Shown piece after piece: positions 1 through 8,266 of a stretch of 64,000 nt of DNA. The stretch lies in the NCBI GenBank assembly GCA_903839725.1, contig CAIMDG010000002.1:241117-305116 (forward strand), in the 5' to 3' direction. A program made the position numbers and the translations under genes. Every line of letters begins with the position of its first letter. Position 1 is the stretch's first letter. Under the pieces are notes generated by a model. It did no database searches, was not told the origin of the DNA, and saw only the letters and a list, made by a program, of their open reading frames with translations. This DNA is from an uncultured bacterium. GTDB taxonomy: Bacteria; Patescibacteriota; Minisyncoccia; Phycocordibacterales; PALSA-1337.

Positions 1-24
1 AAGAGATAGGGGATCTGTTGATTC

Positions 25-61
25 AAAAATTCAAGGTTACAAATTGTAACCTTGAATTTTT
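25..61. promoter_or_regulatory. 37-bp perfect palindrome (18-bp arms around a central A, AAAAATTCAAGGTTACAA-A-TTGTAACCTTGAATTTTT) overlapping the -35 region of the ORF6N gene promoter; candidate operator
   Basis: Hand-paired from sequence: positions 25-42 pair with 44-61. A related 23-bp palindrome lies at 357-379. Confidence 0.5.
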
Positions 62-70
62 TGATATAAT
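44..70 (+). promoter_or_regulatory. Candidate sigma70-type promoter with extended -10: TTGTAA (44-49) then TGaTATAAT (62-70)
   Basis: TGnTATAAT motif at 62-70, about 65 nt upstream of the ATG at 137. A GGAGGG RBS at 124-129 is partly buried in a hairpin at 105-126. Confidence 0.4.
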
Positions 71-136
71 ACATGTGCGTCTGCCTATTATAAAATAGAA
101 AAACCTCCGTGTCGGACGGAGGGTATTTAGAATTAT

Positions 137-676
137 ATGATACAAGAAATTATTACTATCCCGAATGAAACACTTATAAGCAAAATATTTTTGATAAGAG
201 GTAAGAAGGTCATGTTTGATCGTGACTTAGTAGAACTATATGAAGTAGAAACTAAAGTACTTAATCAAGCAGTGAGAAGAAATCTCGAACGATTTCCTGA
301 AGACTTCATGTTCAAACTGAATGCTGAAGAAACTGAGATGTGGCAACATAATCCTCTAAGGTCACAAATTGTGACCTTAAAGAGGGGTCAGCATATCAAA
401 TATTTTCCAACCGTATTTACCGAACAAGGTGTAGCGATGCTCTCAAGTGTTCTCAAAAGTCCTCGAGCTATTCAAGTAAATATACAGATTATCAGAACTT
501 TCACCAAACTTCGTGAAATACTAACCGAAAATAAAAAGCTAGCGGAGAAAGTCGAAAAGATGGAAAGGAAATATGGCAAACATATTTATGAAATATTTAA
601 AGTAATCAATCATCTAACTACCAAAAAGGAAGTGCCAAAAGAAAAGATAGGATTTAGAAAAACTGATACCAAATAA
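137..676 (+). CDS. ORF6N/KilA-N domain protein (phage antirepressor-like N-terminal DNA-binding domain)
   Basis: N-terminal segment IFLIRGKKVMFDRDLVELYEVETKVLNQAVRRNLERFPEDFMF is typical of the ORF6N/KilA-N family. Good RBS upstream and rho-independent terminator downstream. Confidence 0.55.
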   Translation: MIQEIITIPNETLISKIFLIRGKKVMFDRDLVELYEVETKVLNQAVRRNLERFPEDFMFKLNAEETEMWQHNPLRSQIVTLKRGQHIKYFPTVFTEQGVAMLSSVLKSPRAIQVNIQIIRTFTKLREILTENKKLAEKVEKMERKYGKHIYEIFKVINHLTTKKEVPKEKIGFRKTDTK

Positions 677-680
677 GTAA

Positions 681-716
681 AACCGCACAGACCTATTCAG
701 GTGTGTGCGGTTTTTT
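681..716 (+). terminator. Rho-independent terminator (12-bp stem with one mismatch, 8-nt loop, T-tract)
   Basis: aaccgcacagac / gtgtgtgcggtt followed by tttt. Confidence 0.55.
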
Positions 717-755
717 CGAGCTTACGCTCCGGATTTTCACCGAGTGGACGAACCA

Positions 756-1511
756 CTATTTGTCGGCGGAAACAAGTGCTTCCATATTCCAACGTTTAAC
801 GATCTTAATTTTCTTGAAACCAGCAGCTTTGAGTGAATCAAAGACTTCTGATTCCTTGTATTTAAGATCCGGTTGATTGTCTCGAGCATAATGTTCGACC
901 CATTCGATACCATATGCCCGATCTGCAGGCGAGGAATACACATTCACAATCGTCGTGAGTTGTTTCAGGAGACTGCGCTGATGAACTTTTTCATCATTCT
1001 GCGCAATCTTGTCACCATTCACGAACCTGCCGTTCGGACGAAGCACGCGAGCAATTTCTTTGACGATTTCGCTGCGCACTTGCTGGGGGAGGTTGTGCAA
1101 TACGTATCCAGACACCACCACATCAAAACTATTTGCTTCGCATCCTTTCAAGAATTGAAGCGCATCATTCTGAGTAACGGTTATCGAGATGTTCGCATCA
1201 CGAAGAGTAGACTTCTGACCTTCGATAACACGAGCTTCATATTGTTTGAGCATGGTCGGTTCAATGTCGACACCCACGATGTGCACATTCTTCATCTCTG
1301 CACAGAGTGCCATCGTCGTCATTCCATTTCCGCACCCAAGATCAAGGACCTTCGCCTGACCAGTAAACTTCTTTGGAAGTCCTTTCCGAGCAGATGTTGC
1401 AATCCCGTGTTCAAAGGCAGGAATGTGGGGAATGGCGCGAAGGAGACGATCATAATCTTCTCCGACAATGCCCGCAAAACGACCGTCAGATGTAACGTTT
1501 GTTTTTTTCAT
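756..1511 (-). CDS. Class I SAM-dependent methyltransferase
   Basis: Motif I VLDLGCGNGMTT and Rossmann-fold pattern; 251 aa. Confidence 0.8.
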   Translation of the reverse strand: MKKTNVTSDGRFAGIVGEDYDRLLRAIPHIPAFEHGIATSARKGLPKKFTGQAKVLDLGCGNGMTTMALCAEMKNVHIVGVDIEPTMLKQYEARVIEGQKSTLRDANISITVTQNDALQFLKGCEANSFDVVVSGYVLHNLPQQVRSEIVKEIARVLRPNGRFVNGDKIAQNDEKVHQRSLLKQLTTIVNVYSSPADRAYGIEWVEHYARDNQPDLKYKESEVFDSLKAAGFKKIKIVKRWNMEALVSADK

Positions 1512-1544
1512 ATATGTTGTTGTAAAGAACTAGGTTGATGTTTT

Positions 1545-1596
1545 TCTGTTTCGTCCTTTCGGACTCATCAGTCGGAATAACACATTCCGAGACAGA
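1545..1596 (-). ncRNA. Hammerhead ribozyme, type III (open stem III), canonical core
   Basis: Minus-strand RNA reads UCUGUC|UCGGAAU-GUGUU-AUUCCGA-CUGAUGA-GUCC-GAAA-GGAC-GAA-ACAGA. This gives stem III ACAGA/UCUGU, a GUC cleavage triplet, a 7-bp stem I with a 5-nt loop, the CUGAUGA box, stem II GUCC/GGAC with a GAAA tetraloop, and the GAA box. All invariant hammerhead nucleotides are present. Confidence 0.85.
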
Positions 1597-1701
1597 GACG
1601 GATTGGCATTCTCCGTCGGTTCTGCAAACCATGCTCACGCTTTTAGAAAGGTGACAACAATGAGTGCTTTTGAATCAAAGGTGGCACTATCCTTTGGGTG
1701 A

Positions 1702-2034
1702 TTACCCGAAAATCGCCTTCATAGCAGCCTCAATTACTTCATTAGGTTTAGGACAATTAGATTCCCAAAAAAATTCACCCTTAATATCTGTTTCTCTGAG
1801 AAGAGGGGTGTCTTCGCCATCTCTCTTAATCATAATCTTGGAAGGATCGACTCCGTGCCGAAGAAGATGACAGGCGAATATTGTGGCGGTCATACACCTC
1901 CCAATCGCCCTCTGTTCCAGTGAAGTCTCCATATCACCTACTAAAGGTGAACATTCGACACATCCACATGTTCCAGCGTAAGTAAACATCTTTTGAAGTT
2001 GTTCGAGTTCTGCTTGAATCTGCTCATTTTTCAT
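1702..2034 (-). CDS. Small cysteine-rich protein, DUF1858-like (redox disulfide domain) with an insertion
   Basis: GTCGCVEC ... ETSLEQRA ... HGVDPSKIM resembles the DUF1858 pattern GMxCxGC ... ETxEEAA ... HGxDxxxLL; weak. Confidence 0.35.
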   Translation of the reverse strand: MKNEQIQAELEQLQKMFTYAGTCGCVECSPLVGDMETSLEQRAIGRCMTATIFACHLLRHGVDPSKIMIKRDGEDTPLLRETDIKGEFFWESNCPKPNEVIEAAMKAIFG

Positions 2035-2195
2035 AACTATTTCCTTTTCTGGTGTTCAATGGCACACCTACTTAAAGCCTTGTTTTAAATGTTCTGTTAT
2101 TGACTTTCTGGTATAAGTATATCATAATTTTCATTCTTGGTCAAACAAAGTAAAATAAATATGTTGTAATTTGGCTTTATATAGCCATAAAATAC

Positions 2196-2232
2196 TGTTG
2201 ACAATCAATTGACAAAATGTAATCAATTTGTT
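2196..2232 (+). promoter_or_regulatory. Candidate promoter region for the TrmB-family gene with tandem TTGACA motifs (TTGACAatcaaTTGACAaaatgtaatcaatttgttaggaTAT)
   Basis: Two TTGACA hexamers, followed by an ACAAATTG element that is also present in the 25-61 and 357-379 palindromes. Confidence 0.35.
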
Positions 2233-2245
2233 AGGATATGTATCA

Positions 2246-3007
2246 ATGAAGGAAAAACTCCAACAAATAGGCCTTAATTCAACAGAGATAGACATCTATC
2301 TAGCTCTTTTGGAGCATGGCAAAATAACACCTGCCAATATCAGTCGTATTACAGGTATCAATAGAAGCACGACCTATGCAGCTGCAGATGAATTGAAGAA
2401 AAAGGGAATTATCGAAGAAGATCTATCTGGAAAGACCAAGTATCTCATCGCTTTACCACCAGAAAGGCTGACTGATTATCTTGAAAAGAAGATTACTGAA
2501 CTCAAACGTCAGGAGCATCTCGTCAAAAGCATCATCCCCGAACTAGAACTACTTCCGAAGTCAGGGAACTACTCAATTCCAAAGGTGCAATTTATAAATG
2601 GCGCGGACATCGAGGAATTCTTGTACAAAAAAACTCCTATTTGGGAACAAAGCATGCGCGACATGAATGAAAAAACCTGGTGGGGATTCCAGGATCATAC
2701 ATTCGTAGAGAATCCTGCTTACTTGAAATGGATTCTCTGGTACTGGAAACAAGCAAAGGAAGAAATAGACTTAAAATTATTCACCAATCAATCTGAAATA
2801 GAAGAGGGGATGAAAGCTGAGAATCTTTCGCGTAGACAGCTCAAATTGTGGACCGGCGACAGCTTTACATCAACACAATGGATACTAGGGGAATACATTG
2901 TTTCGATAGTGACACGCGAAAAATTACATTATTTGGTTCAGATCAGAGACAAAGTGCTTGCGGATAGTATGCGAAATTTTGCAAAAAAATTGTGGAGTAA
3001 AGATTAA
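2246..3007 (+). CDS. TrmB-family transcriptional regulator (N-terminal winged HTH)
   Basis: MKEKLQQIGLNSTEIDIYLALLEHGKITPANISRITGINRSTTYAAADELKKKGII matches the TrmB N-terminal HTH. Start chosen at MKEKL with AGGA 10 nt upstream; the ORF track starts at 2228. Confidence 0.7.
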   Translation: MKEKLQQIGLNSTEIDIYLALLEHGKITPANISRITGINRSTTYAAADELKKKGIIEEDLSGKTKYLIALPPERLTDYLEKKITELKRQEHLVKSIIPELELLPKSGNYSIPKVQFINGADIEEFLYKKTPIWEQSMRDMNEKTWWGFQDHTFVENPAYLKWILWYWKQAKEEIDLKLFTNQSEIEEGMKAENLSRRQLKLWTGDSFTSTQWILGEYIVSIVTREKLHYLVQIRDKVLADSMRNFAKKLWSKD

Positions 3008-3009
3008 TA

Positions 3010-3042
3010 AAAAACGACGAGTTCATCCAAGTGAACTCGTCG
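3010..3042 (-). terminator. Hairpin (11-bp stem cgacgagttca/tgaactcgtcg) with a U-tract on the minus strand; terminator for 3065..3532 and possibly weakly bidirectional
   Basis: Perfect 11-bp stem at 3015-3025/3032-3042; A-tract at 3010-3014 gives a U-tract on the minus strand. Confidence 0.5.
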
Positions 3043-3064
3043 CGAAGAGACTGAAAGAGCGCCA

Positions 3065-3532
3065 TCACATCAGAAAACTCAAACACTGATCAGGCTCGAT
3101 AATATAATCGAGATACAGCCAATAGATGATAGGCATTTGGCCTCGAATATTTTGGACCTGTGGCACAAATAGATTGTTATCACTGTCACGCACGACTGAT
3201 TGCCAGAGATGAGGCTTCTTGCCCTTGAAAATTGAGTGGCAGTGTTCATACGTGGCAATCGACACCCCGTCTTCCAAATTTAAACAATCACCCAAAAGTG
3301 CTCTTGTTTTGATGGTATCGAAGGCGTCATATGCCGGAAGAGTGGAACTATTCCCGAGCTGAAATGACAGAGGGAAAATCCTCCCAATATCAAGCTTGGG
3401 ACGGTCAGTTGAAACATACTCTGGAAATACCCATGCAGAAGCCCACTCAGGAAGCGATAACGACGGCCTATATGCTACCGAACGACTGCGGCTCAATATC
3501 ACCGTAGGAATGATTATTTGTGGATTTTTCAT
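3065..3532 (-). CDS. Hypothetical protein
   Basis: 155-aa ORF with a terminator downstream; no recognisable family. Confidence 0.4.
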   Translation of the reverse strand: MKNPQIIIPTVILSRSRSVAYRPSLSLPEWASAWVFPEYVSTDRPKLDIGRIFPLSFQLGNSSTLPAYDAFDTIKTRALLGDCLNLEDGVSIATYEHCHSIFKGKKPHLWQSVVRDSDNNLFVPQVQNIRGQMPIIYWLYLDYIIEPDQCLSFLM

Positions 3533-3728
3533 TGTAAAAGAAAGTTGATATATCTTATTTATACATGTAAAAAATAGATAGTCAATTCATGCGCATTTTT
3601 ATAAATCATGCTACATTGACTGATATTAGACATTACAAACTAACCGCCTCCAGATAGGCAGGTTTGAAGATACAACAAATAATCTTGTCGCTATCAATTC
3701 AAGTCTGAAATCTGAAGGCGAAACTACA

Positions 3729-5870
3729 ATGACGAAAAAACAATACTCGATCGAAATCGGTGGCAAGATATTATCAGCCGAATTCAACGACCTCGCTGAG
3801 AATGCTGACGGGTCAGTCATCGTGCGTTACGGAAATACTGCAGTGCTCGCTACTGCTGTTATGGGCGACTTGAAAGATGGAGATTTCTTTCCTCTCACTG
3901 TTGATTTTGAGGAGCGTTTCTACGCTGCAGGAAGAATTCTTGGATCACGTTTCGTACGACGTGAAGGAAAACCTTCTACAGAGGCTATTTTGTCAGGACG
4001 TATCATCGACCGTACCATCCGCCCACTTTTCAATCAGAAAATGCGTAATGAAGTCCAGGTTATTGTCACCACTCTTGCAATAGATGAGTACGATCCAGAT
4101 GTTATCTCAGTTATCGCTGCATCACTCGCTCTTGGTACATCACGTATTCCATGGAATGGACCTGCTTCTGCTATTCGTATTGCTAAGGATCATAACTGGT
4201 TCATCAATCCTGATTATGCAACACGCGATGAGGCGAAGATAGACCTTGAATTGGTTGCATGCGGAAAAGATGGCATGATCAATATGATCGAAGTGGCTAG
4301 TAGGGAAGTTGGCGAAGACCTCATGAACGAATCACTTGCCCGAGCGAGTGAAGAAATAGAGAAAATCCAAACATGGCAAAAACAAATCATTGCTGAAATA
4401 GGCAAACCAAAAGCAACGATCGTATTACCTGAACCAACTCCTGGAACAACTGAGTTATTCAAGGCTGAAATCACACCAAAACTCAAAGAGTACATCATGA
4501 GTAGCACACCAGGTCATGCTCGTATCAATGAAATCAATGGTATCTGGTCAAATACATTTGCTGAAAAGTTTCCTGAAGGAAATAAAGCAATGGCGCAAGA
4601 AGTATTCGAAGAAGCGGTCAATGAATTGCTCCATGAAGAAGCTATCAAGAATGGTAAACGTGCTGACGGTAGAACTCTCGACGAAGTTCGCCCGTTGTTT
4701 GCGCAAGCTGGTGGAGTTTCACCGATCCTTCACGGTTCCGGAATCTTCTATCGCGGAGGTACACACATCCTTTCGGCGCTTACATTGGGAAGTCCGGGAG
4801 ATGCTCAGGTTCTCGATGGTTTGATGGAACAACCAGACAAGCGTTTCATGCACCATTACAATTTTCCTCCATTTTCAACAGGTGAAACAGGTCGTGTCGG
4901 TGGCACGAATCGCCGCATGATCGGTCACGGAGCATTGGCTGAAAAGGCATTGGTTCCGGTCATTCCTGCAAAAGATGTATTCCCCTATACGATACGCATC
5001 GTCTCTGAAGCAATGTCTTCGAACGGTTCAACGTCGATGGGATCAGTCTGTGGATCAACACTCGCACTCATGGATGCCGGCGTTCCAATCAAAGCTCCAG
5101 TGGCAGGAATCGCTTCAGGTCTCATGATGAAGAGTCCCACTGAATACAAGGTGCTCACTGACATTCAAGGCCCTGAAGATCATCACGGCGACATGGACTT
5201 CAAGGTTGCAGGTACCCGCACAGGCATCACTGCAGTACAAATGGACGTTAAAGTTGGTGGAATCCCACTCAAGATTCTTGCTGAAGCTTTTGAAAAGGCA
5301 AAGACGGCTCGCTTTACCATTCTCGACGTGATCGAAAAAGAAATCGCTACACCACGAGCAAAAATATCACCACATGCACCAGAAATCATCGTCATGAAGA
5401 TCAAACCTGATCAGATCGGACTCGTTATCGGTTCAGGAGGTAAAACAATAAATGAAATTCGCGACAATACGAAGGTTGAAGATATCACCATCGAAGATGA
5501 TGGAACAATATTTATCACCGGCAAGAATGAAACTGCACAAAAAGCGAAGGATATTATTTATGGTATGACTCGCGAATACAAGCCCGGCGAAAGATTCGAT
5601 GGGGAAGTGACTCGTCTCATGGACTTTGGTGCATTCGTAAAGATTGGACCAAATTCAGAAGGACTTGTTCATGTCTCTGAATTGGCCTCATTCCGTGTCG
5701 AACATGTCGAGACCTATGTCAAAGAAGGGGACAAAGTTCCTGTAGTTGTGAAGGAAGTCGATGAAAAGGGCAGAATAAACCTCTCAATCAAAGCTGCAAA
5801 CCCAAATTTCTTCACCAAAAAAGACGAACTCCCTCGCCCACCGCGCCCCGATTTCAAAAAGAGATACTAG
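3729..5870 (+). CDS. pnp: Polynucleotide phosphorylase (polyribonucleotide nucleotidyltransferase)
   Basis: Two RNase PH domains plus KH (IGLVIGSGGKTINEIRD) and S1 (GEVTRLMDFGAFVKI) domains; 713 aa with a short basic/proline C-terminal tail. Confidence 0.95.
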   Translation: MTKKQYSIEIGGKILSAEFNDLAENADGSVIVRYGNTAVLATAVMGDLKDGDFFPLTVDFEERFYAAGRILGSRFVRREGKPSTEAILSGRIIDRTIRPLFNQKMRNEVQVIVTTLAIDEYDPDVISVIAASLALGTSRIPWNGPASAIRIAKDHNWFINPDYATRDEAKIDLELVACGKDGMINMIEVASREVGEDLMNESLARASEEIEKIQTWQKQIIAEIGKPKATIVLPEPTPGTTELFKAEITPKLKEYIMSSTPGHARINEINGIWSNTFAEKFPEGNKAMAQEVFEEAVNELLHEEAIKNGKRADGRTLDEVRPLFAQAGGVSPILHGSGIFYRGGTHILSALTLGSPGDAQVLDGLMEQPDKRFMHHYNFPPFSTGETGRVGGTNRRMIGHGALAEKALVPVIPAKDVFPYTIRIVSEAMSSNGSTSMGSVCGSTLALMDAGVPIKAPVAGIASGLMMKSPTEYKVLTDIQGPEDHHGDMDFKVAGTRTGITAVQMDVKVGGIPLKILAEAFEKAKTARFTILDVIEKEIATPRAKISPHAPEIIVMKIKPDQIGLVIGSGGKTINEIRDNTKVEDITIEDDGTIFITGKNETAQKAKDIIYGMTREYKPGERFDGEVTRLMDFGAFVKIGPNSEGLVHVSELASFRVEHVETYVKEGDKVPVVVKEVDEKGRINLSIKAANPNFFTKKDELPRPPRPDFKKRY

Positions 5871-5954
5871 AGAAAAAATAACAATAATCAAATCTCAATT
5901 TCCAAATGATCACATTTGATGTGTAACGACCCGCACACTACATAAGTACGGGTG

Positions 5955-6003
5955 GAACAATTCCCAGCGGGATGTCGTCTCATCGTGTAATTCTTGATGA
6001 TAA
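5955..6003 (+). repeat. Family-1 structured repeat, copy A (core only, 3' part displaced by the family-2 element)
   Basis: gaACAATTCCCAGCGGGATgTCGTCtcatcgtgtaattctt matches the cores at 11201, 43693, 51063 (reverse complement) and 52176 (reverse complement). Confidence 0.6.
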
Positions 6004-6028
6004 AATGAGGTTGAATTAGAACCCCTGA

Positions 6029-6147
6029 CATATATGAATAAAATGGACACTGCGAGCCTGACTGAGGCGAGCACTAGGAATTTTTCAGCAGACGAATGAG
6101 CACATTCGCCACTGGGCAAATATCCGCGTCCATTTTATTCATATATG
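6029..6147 (-). repeat. Family-2 GC-rich structured repeat, copy 1: a 20-bp perfect inverted repeat (catatatgaataaaatggac / gtccattttattcatatatg) enclosing a ~79-nt core
   Basis: The reverse-complemented core cggatattt...gctgaaaaattcctagtgctcgcctcagtcaggctcgcagt matches 13340-13400. Confidence 0.6.
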
Positions 6148-6235
6148 CGGCTGGTTCTTCTCGCTGAGATTCTTATTTTATCTAGACACATACCAAGTAT
6201 TTCTGTTTTATCCCACACGCGCTATAATAGTCCCA

Positions 6236-7732
6236 ATGGACGACACTCAAGATCCACAAAACGACATAGTCAGCTCTGAAAATACGGAAACAACTGAGAA
6301 TGATGAATCAGAAATAAAATCTGGTCAGGTATTCGATATATCTGATGACAACATATCTCCTGCTTCAAATACTGAAGACGAGATGCCTCGCCCTATTTCA
6401 CGTACAACAATCCCTACGATAAAACCGAAGCCCCGCGTTATACCGATTCAAAATATTCCACCAGTAACAATACAATCAAAAGTCATACCTGATATTTCAG
6501 AAAAGACTCAGGAACAAACACCTATAAGACCATTCACTGGCTCCTTATCAAATTTGGAAATGGAAGTTGGTTCTCTGATCCCTCGAAACATGCAACAAAA
6601 AGAAAATCCTTTTGTTCATACAGCACCACCAGAAGAAAAAACAGAAACAGCTCATGAATACGACCAAAAAAATCTCAGAACATATGAAGGTGATGTTGCC
6701 AACATGCTCGCACATACCAAAACTTCAACCACGTCAATAGCTATTGCGGAAAGTCGTAAAACACACGGAACTGACATGATGGGAAGTGATGTCCAGACTC
6801 ATTCTACTGGAAAATTACTGCTTGTATTGGCAAGCATAGTACTTGTTGTTGGTGGGGTATTTGGTGCATATTATTTTTACAGTAAAAGCCCCTTGGCTCA
6901 AAAAGCTGTACCTGTAGTCCCCGAACAAAAAGTCACAAGTCTTATTCCCGCTGATGTACATACGAGTATAGCTATAAATAACCTCGGGCAAGCTGAAATT
7001 ATTTCACGCATCAAACAAGAAATTGCAAAACCATTACCAGGGGACACCATCAAAGATATTGTTCTTGTACGTGAAAATAATGCTGCTATTTCAACGGTCC
7101 TGTCGACTGACATATTAAAGACGATGAATATAGAGCCACCAAATATCCTTACTCGCACCCTCACACCACAATGGATGCTCGGTGTATATTCGAATGAAAA
7201 TAACGAGAAGAGTGTCTTTACTGTTTTCACAACAAATTATTTCCAAAATGCATTTTCAGGAATGCTCCAGTGGGAAAAAATAATGCCTGATGATATAAAA
7301 CAATACTTATTTGCTACACCACCACAAGGAATATCAAACAATCCTGGACAAGCAGTAAGACCAACCGTCGGTCCTGGAAGTCCTTTCGCTAACATCAATG
7401 CTCTTTTACCAAACTCAGATGTTCCAACCTCAACAAATCAAACAGGAACAACAACCAAACTTGCCAAGAAGTTGGCGCCAGCATCAACAACAGTCTCCTC
7501 GACTACAGAAATAGTAGTTCCTGAACCACCACTACAAGCATATGTGACGATCAATGGTCAATTTGAAGATCGTATTGTTAAAAACAAAGATATTCGCGCA
7601 TTCAAGACAACAGATGGTACTGTTCTTTTCCTCTACTCATTTATAGATAGCAATAAACTCATCATTACCGATAAAGAAGAGACTCTGGCCGACATATTGA
7701 TACGCCTTGAAAAACAAACATTCATGAGGTAG
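6236..7732 (+). CDS. Hypothetical membrane-anchored protein (acidic S/T-rich N-terminus, one TM helix, C-terminal domain)
   Basis: TM segment LLLVLASIVLVVGGVFGAYYFY; 498 aa; followed 3 nt later by a DksA/TraR-like gene. Confidence 0.45.
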   Translation: MDDTQDPQNDIVSSENTETTENDESEIKSGQVFDISDDNISPASNTEDEMPRPISRTTIPTIKPKPRVIPIQNIPPVTIQSKVIPDISEKTQEQTPIRPFTGSLSNLEMEVGSLIPRNMQQKENPFVHTAPPEEKTETAHEYDQKNLRTYEGDVANMLAHTKTSTTSIAIAESRKTHGTDMMGSDVQTHSTGKLLLVLASIVLVVGGVFGAYYFYSKSPLAQKAVPVVPEQKVTSLIPADVHTSIAINNLGQAEIISRIKQEIAKPLPGDTIKDIVLVRENNAAISTVLSTDILKTMNIEPPNILTRTLTPQWMLGVYSNENNEKSVFTVFTTNYFQNAFSGMLQWEKIMPDDIKQYLFATPPQGISNNPGQAVRPTVGPGSPFANINALLPNSDVPTSTNQTGTTTKLAKKLAPASTTVSSTTEIVVPEPPLQAYVTINGQFEDRIVKNKDIRAFKTTDGTVLFLYSFIDSNKLIITDKEETLADILIRLEKQTFMR

Positions 7733-7735
7733 AAT

Positions 7736-8107
7736 ATGGGCATGAATAAAAAGGAGACCGAACAATTCAAAAAGAAACTCGTCGCAGAAAAGGCTGAACT
7801 CGAAGCTGAATTAGCTTTGGTTGGTCAACGTAATCCCAATAATCCCAATACTTGGGAAGCAAATACTGGTGGTATGGAAGTTGACGCTGCTGATGAAAAT
7901 GAAGTAGCAGACAAACTCGAAGAATACGAAGGTAATGCGGGTATTGTTACACAACTTGAAAACCAACTTATCGAAGTAAATGCCGCACTTGATCGTATCG
8001 AAAAAGGAACCTATGGTCTCTGCGAGAAATGTGGCAAACCTATAGATAAGGGCCGTCTCGAAGCAAACCCATCATCACGATTTAGTATCGATCACGCAAC
8101 TAAATAA
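7736..8107 (+). CDS. DksA/TraR-family C4-type zinc-finger protein
   Basis: Coiled-coil N-terminus and C-terminal C4 finger with the GLCEKCGKPI spacing typical of DksA/TraR. Confidence 0.65.
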   Translation: MGMNKKETEQFKKKLVAEKAELEAELALVGQRNPNNPNTWEANTGGMEVDAADENEVADKLEEYEGNAGIVTQLENQLIEVNAALDRIEKGTYGLCEKCGKPIDKGRLEANPSSRFSIDHATK

Positions 8108-8112
8108 TATAA

Positions 8113-8136
8113 AAAGCCTCGAAAGAGGCTTTTTTG
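8113..8136 (+). terminator. Rho-independent terminator (6-bp stem, GAAA tetraloop, T5)
   Basis: agcctc-gaaa-gaggct-ttttt. Confidence 0.6.
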
Positions 8137-8266
8137 TTTCCGCTTATCACCGAGAGTCCAAAAGGAACATGTTGGACTTTCTGCACTATGTAGAACATTT
8201 TAAATCTTCATCAAGATTTGATTCTTTTTTCATCAATTCTTCATTCAACTGCAGTATGATCCAATC

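Noticed and set aside
873-1538. 221-aa plus-strand ORF overlapping the methyltransferase gene
   Set aside because: Antisense to a well-supported methyltransferase CDS; no motifs; a typical shadow ORF.
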